Shown one piece after another: positions 39,795 through 48,496 of a DNA stretch of 56,514 nt. This DNA is from Candidatus Sumerlaeaceae bacterium (GTDB taxonomy: Bacteria > Sumerlaeota > Sumerlaeia > Sumerlaeales > Sumerlaeaceae). A program made the translations under genes and the position numbers. The notes under the pieces are model-generated. The model did not search any database. It saw only the letters and a list, made by a program, of their open reading frames with translations, and was not told the origin of the DNA. The stretch is taken from positions 1 to 56,514 of the forward strand of contig JBPCLP010000004.1 in assembly GCA_051003195.1 (NCBI GenBank). The letters run 5' to 3'. How positions within the stretch are numbered: position 1 is the stretch's first letter; each line of letters begins with the position of its first letter.

Positions 39795-39951
39795 TCGGTC
39801 AAAAGCCCGCAAATGTGTCGAAAAGCAGTATCGGGAAGCTTTGCAGTTTCATTTGGAAGGGCTTGTTGAAGCGGGCTCACCGATTCCTAAACCTCGCACG
39901 GCGTACGGCTTTTCGGACGTGCCGGTATTTCGGAACGTCCAGCCGAGATAA
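39740..39951 (+). pseudogene. Degenerate third hicB copy
   Basis: RKCVEKQYREALQFHLEGLVEAGSPIPKPRTAYGFSDVP parallels the first HicB; upstream VTGCIT is in another frame; no start; left boundary approximate. Confidence 0.75.
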
Positions 39952-40028
39952 ACGAGGTAACATTCCGCTGACTTCATGGATTTACATAGAGTTCGAGCGC
40001 TCTGGTTCATTTCGCCGCTTGGGCTTAA

Positions 40029-40322
40029 TCAATAATGGTACCGCGCCTGCAGAAACTCGATCCGCTCATTGTGGACCTCATAAACAATGCGGTGCTCCTG
40101 GGTAAGCCGCCGCGACCAGCAACCCTGGAAGTCGTGCTTCAAAGGCTCCGGCTTACCAATACCGCTGAATGGATCCCGCATAATAGCTTCTACGATTTCT
40201 AATGCACGCAGTGCAATTCGTGAATTAGTTTTTACCCAGTAACTGAGGTCTTCGCGAAATTCCGAGTGAAAGACAGAAACACGCCGCGTTTGTGCCGCCG
40301 TGTCGGGCTTATTTTTTTTCAA
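40029..40322 (-). CDS. yoeB: Txe/YoeB family toxin
   Basis: FREDLSYW, DPFSGIGKPEPLK, WSRRLTQEHRIVY, LQARYHY. Confidence 0.93.
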   Translation of the reverse strand: MKKNKPDTAAQTRRVSVFHSEFREDLSYWVKTNSRIALRALEIVEAIMRDPFSGIGKPEPLKHDFQGCWSRRLTQEHRIVYEVHNERIEFLQARYHY

Positions 40323-40587
40323 TTCCGAGATCGCGCTTCAGTTTTTCCAGTGGCGCCGGCTTTAAGGTCCGGCTCCTTGCACGTTTGAGTGCCCGCTGTA
40401 GCCTCTCTGCGTTTTTCGGCGACCGCAACAGGTGAGCTGTTTCAAGCAATCCTTCTAATTCATCCAAAGCCACAAGCGCAACGTCGCGATTGCCGCGACG
40501 GCGTATAATAATCGGTTCTTTTGTATCGCTGACTTGATCCATCAGCGACTTAAGGTTCGAACGCGCGGCAGAATACGTCGTTTCCAT
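40309..40587 (-). CDS. yefM: Phd/YefM family antitoxin
   Basis: TYSAARSNLKSLMD, ETAHLLRSPKNAERL. Confidence 0.93.
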   Translation of the reverse strand: METTYSAARSNLKSLMDQVSDTKEPIIIRRRGNRDVALVALDELEGLLETAHLLRSPKNAERLQRALKRARSRTLKPAPLEKLKRDLGIEKK

Positions 40588-40592
40588 TATTG

Positions 40593-40617
40593 AGTACTTG
40601 TACAGGAATCTTGTCCA
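40593..40617. promoter_or_regulatory. Putative YefM operator
   Basis: AGTACT-TGTACA...TGTCCA just upstream of yefM; TGTACA is the known YefM operator core. Confidence 0.5.
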
Positions 40618-40670
40618 TATATTTCGGCAACCTTGACTCTCCAAGTCAAGCCAGTGCCGCATCAGCACGC

Positions 40671-41231
40671 ATGCCACCTTTACGCGACATCCTGCGCAGC
40701 CAATACCACGCCGCGCTCGCACACCTCCAGCAGGCCATCGACCTCTGCCCTCGCAACCTCTGGACCCATGCTGGCCAAAACCAGATGCCGTTCTGGCGCG
40801 TCGCCTACCACACGCTCTACTTCACACACCTGTATCTGCAGCACAACGACCACGAATTCCGCCCGCGCGACTTTCATGAAACCGACATCCAGTACCTCGA
40901 TGGCTACCCCTCACCGCCTGACATCGAAGATCTCTGCGAGCACCCACACCGCCCGCCGCAAACCGGCGAACCCTACACACGCGAGCAACTTCAGGACTAC
41001 TGGACCTTTTGCGACCCGCTTGTCGACCAGCAACTCAACACCATGGACCTGGATCGCCCCGACAGCGGCTTCAGCTGGTACAAGCTCTCCAAACTCGAGC
41101 ACCAGTTCATCAACATACGCCACATCCAGCACCACTCGGCCCAGCTCGCCGACCGCCTGCGCGAACATGCCAACATCGGCGTGAATTGGGTTAGCGCTGG
41201 TGCAAGCGTCCGCAATGCGTCTGAGTCTTGA
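40671..41231 (+). CDS. DinB/YfiT-like family protein
   Basis: AIDLCP...FWRVAYHTLYFTHLYL...NIRHIQHHSAQL. Confidence 0.78.
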   Translation: MPPLRDILRSQYHAALAHLQQAIDLCPRNLWTHAGQNQMPFWRVAYHTLYFTHLYLQHNDHEFRPRDFHETDIQYLDGYPSPPDIEDLCEHPHRPPQTGEPYTREQLQDYWTFCDPLVDQQLNTMDLDRPDSGFSWYKLSKLEHQFINIRHIQHHSAQLADRLREHANIGVNWVSAGASVRNASES

Positions 41232-41304
41232 CACACTATACGGTCGAAGACAGATTCTCTTTCTTTTGCTGCTAAAGCATAACTAGAACAGGCTCAACCA
41301 AAGA

Positions 41305-42516
41305 ATGTCCGACTACTCAAACATCTACGCAGCCGCCGAGCGCGACCGCGACGCCGTCACCAGCTTCCTGCAGGACATTGTACGCATCAAAACGCTCAGC
41401 GGGCAGGAAAAACCCGTCATCGACCGCATTGCGCAGGAGATGCACAAACTCGGCTTCGACGAAGTTCGCGTGGACGGCCTGGGCAACCTCATCGGACGGG
41501 TCGGCAACGGACCGCGCCGCATCGCCATGGATGCGCACATCGACGTAGTCGACGTCGGCAATCCGGAAAACTGGGAGCGCGATCCATTCGGTGCGCAGCT
41601 TATCGACGGCGTCGTCCACGGCCGCGGCACCACCGACATGAAGGGCGCCATGGCCAGCCTCGTCTACGGCGCAAAATTGATCAAGGAGCTCGGTCTCGCC
41701 AAAGACCTCTCCGTCTACATCACCGCCACCGTAATGGAAGAAGACTGCGACGGGCTGTGCTGGCAATATATCCTGCGGGAGAAGGTGATCGACCCGCCAC
41801 CCGAATGCGTGATCATTGCCGAGCCCACCAACATGAACATCTACCGTGGCCATCGCGGGCGCATGGAGATGGAAATATTCGTGCCCGGCCTCAGCGCACA
41901 CGGCTCCGCTCCCGAACGCGGCGTCAACGCCGTCTACAAAATGGCTCCCATCATTCTCGATATCGAGAAACTGAACGAGCGCCTGAAGGACGACCCCTTC
42001 CTTGGCAAGGGCACCATCACCATCGCCGAGATTCGCTCCACCACCCCGTCACTCTGCGCAGTGGCCGATAGCTGCACCATCCACCTGGATCGTCGCCTTA
42101 CGCATGGCGAAACGCCAGACAGTGCGGTTGCCGAACTCGAAGCCTTACCCAGCGTCCAGACGGCTAAGGGCCGCGTCTCGATTCTCGATTACGCCGTACC
42201 CGCATACACCGGCCTCGTCTACCCGACGAAAAAGTTCTATCCAACATGGGTTCTGCCGGAGGATCACCCAGCGCTCAAAGCCGCCGTTGCAGCTTACGAA
42301 GGCGCACTGGGCTCGAAGCCGAAAGTCGACAAGTGGACGTTCTCAACAAACGGCATCGCGACGATGGGTATGTTCGGCATTCCGAGCTTCGGTCTTGGCC
42401 CGGGCAATGAAACCTGTGCCCATTCGCCAAAAGAACTGGTAACCGTCGATCACCTCGTCAAAGCGGCCGCTTTTTATGCGGCGTTTGCGGAGCAATACAG
42501 CACGGCTGGAAGCTGA
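41305..42516 (+). CDS. ygeY: YgeY-type M20 metallohydrolase
   Basis: DAHIDVV, GRGTTDMKG, EEDCDGLCWQY, IYRGHRGRME, HGSAPERG, WTFSTNG. Confidence 0.88.
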   Translation: MSDYSNIYAAAERDRDAVTSFLQDIVRIKTLSGQEKPVIDRIAQEMHKLGFDEVRVDGLGNLIGRVGNGPRRIAMDAHIDVVDVGNPENWERDPFGAQLIDGVVHGRGTTDMKGAMASLVYGAKLIKELGLAKDLSVYITATVMEEDCDGLCWQYILREKVIDPPPECVIIAEPTNMNIYRGHRGRMEMEIFVPGLSAHGSAPERGVNAVYKMAPIILDIEKLNERLKDDPFLGKGTITIAEIRSTTPSLCAVADSCTIHLDRRLTHGETPDSAVAELEALPSVQTAKGRVSILDYAVPAYTGLVYPTKKFYPTWVLPEDHPALKAAVAAYEGALGSKPKVDKWTFSTNGIATMGMFGIPSFGLGPGNETCAHSPKELVTVDHLVKAAAFYAAFAEQYSTAGS

Positions 42517-42555
42517 CAACTTTAGTTCCCTTGTAACATAGGGCCAATTGTTTCA

Positions 42556-42960
42556 CTAACATTTTGCAAAGTACTTAACGTTGGGAAAAGCTGCAAAATG
42601 CGCATCCTGTGTCCAAAGAATTGCATCGTAGTCCAGGGCCGTTGCCACTATTAGGCTGTCAGCCATGGGAAGTCTGTGTTGCAGGCTTAGGGCGGCTGCC
42701 CGTGTCGCCTGCTTCTGCGAGAGTTCAACCACAGTTGCTGTCTGCATGGCGGCTATGGCTTTTACTGCCGCGGCTTCGCCGTCCTCGAACATTATCTTCT
42801 TACAAACTTCGTAGATGACGATCGTAGGGACGATAAGCTGCTGTTTGTTTTTCATGCGTAAAGGGGGCAGAAACAGATGCGCATTAGCCCCTTCGACGAG
42901 GTACTCGATCCACGCGGAGGAATCAAGCACGTGAAAACCCTCGGGTTCGACGAGGATCAA
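42556..42960 (-). CDS. vapC: VapC-type PIN toxin
   Basis: VLDSSAWIEY, PTIVIYEV, LPMADSLIVATA, LWTQDAHF. Confidence 0.9.
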   Translation of the reverse strand: MILVEPEGFHVLDSSAWIEYLVEGANAHLFLPPLRMKNKQQLIVPTIVIYEVCKKIMFEDGEAAAVKAIAAMQTATVVELSQKQATRAAALSLQHRLPMADSLIVATALDYDAILWTQDAHFAAFPNVKYFAKC

Positions 42961-43166
42961 TACCGATCTTCTTCGTCGCGGATGTTATCCGTGTTCATCC
43001 CTTTCAGCAAACCGCGCACATCCTCGATAGAAACATACCGTACCAACTGGATACGCTCACCGATCTGCACCATGGTCAGGCGATCGCCAGGTTTGATCTT
43101 CATCGATTCACGCACGTCTTTAGGAATTACAATCTGATACTTAGGCGAAACTGTTACTGCAGACAT
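42957..43166 (-). CDS. AbrB/MazE-type antitoxin
   Basis: VTVSPKYQIVIPKDVRE...IKPGD; overlaps the vapC start. Confidence 0.9.
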   Translation of the reverse strand: MSAVTVSPKYQIVIPKDVRESMKIKPGDRLTMVQIGERIQLVRYVSIEDVRGLLKGMNTDNIRDEEDRY

Positions 43167-43323
43167 CGGCAATCCCTCATCGATCTAACTATTCAGGCCC
43201 GAACTCCAACATCGATATAACCTCAACTTCATTACTTCTTCAGTCTCTGCTTACCCTTGATTTCACCTTACGGCCACCCAAAGTCGCGCTCTTTAACATT
43301 TCTCACCCTATGAAAGACCTTTG

Positions 43324-44322
43324 ATGTTTGACGAAAAAATCCTAGCCGCCCTGCGCGGCCGCGATTACATCGAAACCCGCGACTGGACCGATGAAGAGCT
43401 CGACGTAGCACTCGACCTCGCAGCAGACCTGAAGTACAAATTCCGCAACGGAATCCCGCACCGGCTGCTACCCGACCAAACCGTTTTCCTGCTGTTCTTC
43501 GACAAGAGCACGCGCACCCGCAACTCGTTTGAGGCAGGCTGCACGCAATTGGGAGCACACGCGCACTTCATCGACGCCGAGACCAGCCAGCTCAGCCATG
43601 GCGAGTCGCCAAAAGACATGGGAATCATCCTTTCGTCATACGGCCATGCGATCGCTATCCGGCACGACCTCGTCCCCGGCGAAGGCAATACCCTCATGCG
43701 CGAGGTAGCCAAGCACAGCGACCGCCCCGTTCTCAATATGCAGTGCGACGTCGACCATCCCTTCCAGACGCTCGCCGACCTCATGACCATCCGCGAAAAA
43801 TTTGGCAAGAACCTCAAGGGCCGCAAGATCGCCATCTCCTGGGCCTACGCTCCCAGCTACGCCAAGCCCATGAGCGTCCCCCAGGGACTTATTATGCTCA
43901 TGACGCGCATGGGCATGGACGTCACGCTTGCCCGACCACCAGAATGGAAACTCATGAAGGATACGATGAGCTATGCCGAAGAGCAGGCGAAGCTGCACGG
44001 CACGAAATTCGAAGTTGTCGATAACATGAAGGATGCTTTCGAGGACGCCGACATCGTGTACCCCAAAAGCTGGGGCATCGAGGAACTCTTTGGTAAGCCG
44101 CAGGAAGCGCTCGAGCTTAGCAAAAAGCACAAGGACTGGATCTGCACGAACGACCTCATGAAGCTGACGAAGAAGGAGAGCATCTACATGCACTGCCTTC
44201 CCGCCGACCGCGGCAATGAGGTGACCGACGAGGTCATCGACGGACCGCACTCGGTAATTTACCAGGAAGCCGAGAACCGCCTGCACACGTGCAAGAGCGT
44301 GATGGCACTGACGATGGCATGA
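43324..44322 (+). CDS. Carbamoyltransferase of YgeW (knotted) type
   Basis: STRTR, HPFQ, HCLP plus YgeW-like WAYAPSYAKPMSVPQG and VYPKSW; lacks the SMG motif of ArgF. Confidence 0.85.
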   Translation: MFDEKILAALRGRDYIETRDWTDEELDVALDLAADLKYKFRNGIPHRLLPDQTVFLLFFDKSTRTRNSFEAGCTQLGAHAHFIDAETSQLSHGESPKDMGIILSSYGHAIAIRHDLVPGEGNTLMREVAKHSDRPVLNMQCDVDHPFQTLADLMTIREKFGKNLKGRKIAISWAYAPSYAKPMSVPQGLIMLMTRMGMDVTLARPPEWKLMKDTMSYAEEQAKLHGTKFEVVDNMKDAFEDADIVYPKSWGIEELFGKPQEALELSKKHKDWICTNDLMKLTKKESIYMHCLPADRGNEVTDEVIDGPHSVIYQEAENRLHTCKSVMALTMA

Positions 44323-44482
44323 CAGCCAGCTGATTGGAGATGTGATCGGCTTTGCCTTGGGCATGGGCGCCGTGGGCACGTGGGCTTACCTGGCCCAGGG
44401 CACCTCTACGGCTTTTACGTTCCAGCATTTCTCGCCCTGATTGATCATTGCATTCCGAAATCAGAAATCAGAAATTCGCCAA

Positions 44483-44971
44483 ATGGTTCATGCACTCTAC
44501 CCCGGCTCGTTTGACGCTGTCACTTACGGGCACCTTGATGTCGTGCGTCGCGCCGCGCGCATGTTCGAGCGCATCACCATCGCGATCGCCGATAATCCGA
44601 CCAAGCGCGAGCCGCTGTTCCCCACTGCCGAGCGTGTCGCCATGCTGCGCGAATGCGCACGAGAATGGCCCAACGTTTACGTCGAGGCGTTTCCCGGACT
44701 GACGGTCGATTTTGCGCGCAAGATCGGCGCAACTGTCATTCTGCGTGGCCTGCGCGCTGTCAGCGATTTCGAATTCGAGTTCCAAATGGCGATGGCGAAC
44801 GATAACCTGGCTCCGGAAATCACGACGATGTTCATGGTTCCCTCACCCCAGTTCTCATTTCTGAGTTCTTCGCTCGTGAAAGAAATCGCAAATTTCGGCG
44901 GCGATATCTCGCACTTTGTACCCCCGCACGTCGAAACAGCCGTCCGCGAAAAATTCGCCTCTCAAAAATGA
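44483..44971 (+). CDS. coaD: Phosphopantetheine adenylyltransferase
   Basis: YPGSFD...GHLD, RGLRAVSDFEFE, LSSSLVKE. Confidence 0.96.
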   Translation: MVHALYPGSFDAVTYGHLDVVRRAARMFERITIAIADNPTKREPLFPTAERVAMLRECAREWPNVYVEAFPGLTVDFARKIGATVILRGLRAVSDFEFEFQMAMANDNLAPEITTMFMVPSPQFSFLSSSLVKEIANFGGDISHFVPPHVETAVREKFASQK

Positions 44972-45041
44972 CCGGCTGTTTTTGTCGTTTTAGGTCCTTC
45001 TGTGCTTTCTTCCGGCTATTTCTTGTTCCCGCCTTGTCACT

Positions 45042-46055
45042 ATGCTAGACATCCGGTTCCGCTGGCGCGACCAGGCCCGCAAGGTTCCGCAACGTATTCT
45101 TCTTCCTGAGGCCGATGAACCTCGCGTGCTGCAGGCCGCTCTCGCCGCCATGCGTGAACAGGTCTGCATCCCCGTGCTTCTGGGCGACGAGGCACGCATC
45201 CACGAAGTGGCGGCGTCGCTCGGCATTTCATACGCGTCGCTTCCCGAGATCCTGCCCCTTCGCGACCATCCCCGCTTTGACTTCTTCTGCGAGCAGTATG
45301 CGCTTCTCCGCTCCAGCGGCGAAAAAAAGACAACACCCGCCTCCGCGGCCCGCCTGCTGTCCAACCCGCTCTTTTTCGCCGCCATGCTGCTGCGCGAAGG
45401 CGAAGTCGACGGCGTTGTCGCCGGCGCGAACAACACCACTGCCGACGTCGCACGTGCGGCGCGTTTCATTGTAGGCACCGCCGCCGGCGTACAGGATGTC
45501 TCGTCCGTATTCGTCATGCTGTGCCGCGACAAAACCTTTGGCGAAGATGGGGCACTGGTTTTCGCAGATGCCGGTGTATTGGTGGATCCATCCTCGGAAC
45601 AGCTCGCCGAAATCGCAATTGCTTCCGCCCGCACCACGCGAAGCCTGCTCGGCTGCGAGCCCCGCATCGCACTTCTTTCCTTCTCCACTTACGGCAGCGC
45701 ACAGCACCCGCGCGTCACCAAAGTCCGCGACGCGCTGATGATCCTGCGACAGCGCGCGCCCGGCCTGCTCGTTGATGGTGAACTCCAGGTCGATGCCGCC
45801 ATCATCCCAGACATCGCGGCGCGCAAAGCGCCTGGAAGCCCCATCGCAGGCCGCGCCAACGTTCTTATCTTTCCGGATCTCAACTCTGGAAACATCGCCT
45901 ACAAACTCGTCGAGCGTCTCGCAGGCGCCGAGGCGATAGGTCCCCTGCTGCAAGGTCTGCAGAAGCCGATGTGCGACCTCTCCCGCGGCGCGAAAGTCGA
46001 AGACATTGTCCAGGTGATGACTGTCGCCGCTATCCTTGCGACGACAGCGAGATAG
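45042..46055 (+). CDS. pta: Phosphate acetyltransferase (short form)
   Basis: [50 protein letters not shown]. Confidence 0.93.
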   Translation: MLDIRFRWRDQARKVPQRILLPEADEPRVLQAALAAMREQVCIPVLLGDEARIHEVAASLGISYASLPEILPLRDHPRFDFFCEQYALLRSSGEKKTTPASAARLLSNPLFFAAMLLREGEVDGVVAGANNTTADVARAARFIVGTAAGVQDVSSVFVMLCRDKTFGEDGALVFADAGVLVDPSSEQLAEIAIASARTTRSLLGCEPRIALLSFSTYGSAQHPRVTKVRDALMILRQRAPGLLVDGELQVDAAIIPDIAARKAPGSPIAGRANVLIFPDLNSGNIAYKLVERLAGAEAIGPLLQGLQKPMCDLSRGAKVEDIVQVMTVAAILATTAR

Positions 46056-46113
46056 TTGCATGTCCGGCCATACGTACAGAAGGAATCGCAGATTCCGTTT
46101 GAATGGGTAAAGC

Positions 46114-46189
46114 TGGTGCTGGAAACAGGAGTCGAACCTGCGACCTATCGATTACGAATCGATTGCTCTACCAGCTGAGCTATTCCAGC
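46114..46189 (-). tRNA. tRNA-Thr(CGT)
   Basis: GCTGGAA/TTCCAGC acceptor stem, ATCGA-TTCGTAA-TCGAT anticodon arm, GGTTCGACT, CCA. Confidence 0.97.
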
Positions 46190-46376
46190 AGCCGGGGATT
46201 TCTTACCCTGCAATAAGCCATCGCATTCAGTTCGGAATCTGCCATGTCCGGCCGGTTATTTGGCCAGGCTTCTGGCGGCACTCCGATATTCTGCGCGGAA
46301 AGCATTGAATCGCGCGAAGCCTCACCAGTAGAGGGTTTTCGCAATGAATGGGAATGGAGCAGCGCGGCGACCGCCG

Positions 46377-46601
46377 ATGAAAACGCGCGATGTGATCAAG
46401 TACGCTTTTGCGTCGATACTGGCGCTGGTTACACTGGCGGCGATTGCGGGCATGACCTATGCCAAACACCAGCGGCAGCGCCGCGATCCTACCGAAGCCC
46501 AGCGCATTGAGCGGACACTAAACACGTTTGGGCAGCAGGGACGGATACCGGAGAAGCTGCCGCAGCCCAAGGACCAGCCGGCCTTGGGCGGGAACACCTA
46601 A
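46377..46601 (+). CDS. Small single-pass membrane protein, hypothetical
   Basis: TM segment YAFASILALVTLAAIAGMTY; its TAA lies in the repeat core CTAA. Confidence 0.55.
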   Translation: MKTRDVIKYAFASILALVTLAAIAGMTYAKHQRQRRDPTEAQRIERTLNTFGQQGRIPEKLPQPKDQPALGGNT

Positions 46602-46793
46602 TGTGCCGTCCCAGAAGTTCATCGCTATACTTCAGGAAACTTTCGAGCTCGGACGGCACATAAAACCAGGGAACGAATTAATGGGAGACCACACCAGTGT
46701 GCCGAATCCGTAGTTCATTACCACGCCAAAAGGCTAACTTACCCACGATTCGGCACACAGAACTAATTACGAACTAGCGTAGAAAACACCCAG
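46598..46793 (+). repeat. Head-to-tail tandem of one subtype-A and one subtype-B 92-bp element
   Basis: Cores CTAA 46598, CCAG 46694 and CCAG 46790 (96-bp period). Confidence 0.9.
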
Positions 46794-46868
46794 CAAGCAC
46801 CCGCGCAATTCGCTCGCTCGACATCTTCCAAACATTCCGTCGCTCGCCGGGTAATCCGTCTACAAATA

Positions 46869-48428
46869 ATGCCCACCAAATTAATAGGTTTTGCCATGTT
46901 CCTGCTGGTGGCGCTTCCTTGTCTTGCCGACCAGATCACTCTCAACAATGGCAAGACAATATCAGGCCTTGTGGAAGCCGACCAGCACGGCCAGGTACGC
47001 GTGCGTACTCCCGAGGGCCTCGTAACGCTACCGCGTTCATCGGTAATTAAAATCACACGGCAGACTGTGTCCGACAACACGGTCATCACGATTGATGCCG
47101 CAGCACAGCACGGGGATCTCGCCGCGGTGACTGCCCTGCTGCAAAAGCTGGATCCAGTCAGTAGCGGCACAGCCCGGGATTCGATCCTTGCGCACGCGGA
47201 CGCCCTCGAGGAAAATGCGCGGAGCCAGAGCTCCGCCGACGTGGAGGCTTTCGCGCTATGGTGCCAGAGTTTCCCGCCAGATGCAGCGGCATCCCTCAAG
47301 CTTCTTGTCGCGCGCCTTCATACCTCCCGCGGCGAGACTCAGCAGGCCGCCCACCTGCTGCTCAGCCTGCCCACAGGTCCGTTGATGCACAGCCAGCAGC
47401 TGCGTCGCCGGCTCGCATCGGCGCTTGTGGACTGCTGCGAACAATTAATTGAATTGCCGCACGATGAACTGACCTCTCGCTCCTTCTCTCTGCTCAACGC
47501 CATTGAGACGGACGCGCCCACCACGTATGCTGCCACCTTGCTGAAGCTGCGTGCATCCAGGAATCTTGCGCTGGAACGACGCTGGAACGAATCCATCCAA
47601 ATACTTGCTTCATCTACCTCCCCAATAGGCGCCGCCCAGATGCGCAAGCAGCTCGTTTGGGTCCTCAATCGGACACGACAGGAAAACGATACCACCGGCA
47701 CGGCTGCGGCCGGGCTCGCCATTCTGAATACCTTCGAGGACTGGTTCAACGACGTTGAGATCGCCGACATGCGCATATCCACCGCACTTGCGCTCGCACA
47801 AACAGGCCGCTATACCGAAGCCCAGTCCATCGCCGATGGCCTTTCGCAAGACGCCCCAGATGCCGGCGCGGAGCTGCAGCACCGTATTGAGTTTTTGCAG
47901 AAGCGCGCTGCAACAGGCAATGCGGATCCACTGGAGCGCTACAAGCTGGGTGTTTGGGCGCGCAAGATGGGGCTGCACGAGGAAGCCTCGTCTATTTTTA
48001 ATGCACTGCGTAATGAGCCAGTGGTTGCAGAAAATGCGCTGCTTCAGCTTCAACTGCTCGAACTCGAGCAGGGTCGAAAAGAAATCGAGGGCCTGACAAG
48101 CCTTTACAAGCTGGAAAAATACCCTGAGGTAATCACCGGGATTGAAAAGTTTCGCCAGCGCTATTCCGACCCGGAGCTTACCCGCCGCGTGTCGGAGATT
48201 GAGCAGCTTGCGAAGTACGCGCAATGGAACCATGGCAAGCGCCTGCCCGACCAGGCCGATGCTGCTTTCCAGAATGCGCAGCGTCTCTACAACCAGGGGA
48301 AATTTTCAGACTCTGTCGAGCAGTTGAACAAGGTGCTGCTCGATTACCCGAAAAGCGCAGCCGCAAAACAGGCCGCCGCTCTGCGCGACAAAGCCATCCA
48401 GATCCTGGCGCGCAGCAAAACCCGCTGA
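46869..48428 (+). CDS. Secreted helical/TPR-like hypothetical protein
   Basis: Signal peptide; DQITLNNGKTISG; C-terminal TPR-like AFQNAQRLYNQGKF...DYPKS. Confidence 0.7.
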   Translation: MPTKLIGFAMFLLVALPCLADQITLNNGKTISGLVEADQHGQVRVRTPEGLVTLPRSSVIKITRQTVSDNTVITIDAAAQHGDLAAVTALLQKLDPVSSGTARDSILAHADALEENARSQSSADVEAFALWCQSFPPDAAASLKLLVARLHTSRGETQQAAHLLLSLPTGPLMHSQQLRRRLASALVDCCEQLIELPHDELTSRSFSLLNAIETDAPTTYAATLLKLRASRNLALERRWNESIQILASSTSPIGAAQMRKQLVWVLNRTRQENDTTGTAAAGLAILNTFEDWFNDVEIADMRISTALALAQTGRYTEAQSIADGLSQDAPDAGAELQHRIEFLQKRAATGNADPLERYKLGVWARKMGLHEEASSIFNALRNEPVVAENALLQLQLLELEQGRKEIEGLTSLYKLEKYPEVITGIEKFRQRYSDPELTRRVSEIEQLAKYAQWNHGKRLPDQADAAFQNAQRLYNQGKFSDSVEQLNKVLLDYPKSAAAKQAAALRDKAIQILARSKTR

Positions 48429-48496
48429 GGTCCTGGCGCATGTTTGAGCAAATCGCCATACCTGCTGCCCCATACACTACGAATTTTATTTTAGTG

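Noticed and set aside
36870..43320. Integron cassette array carrying the TA genes
   Set aside because: No recurring RYYYAAC...GTTRRRY attC structures seen, orientations are mixed, and no integrase is present.
43324..44322. argF (ornithine carbamoyltransferase)
   Set aside because: Lacks the SMG ornithine-binding motif, carries YgeW-type loops, and no arg genes are nearby.
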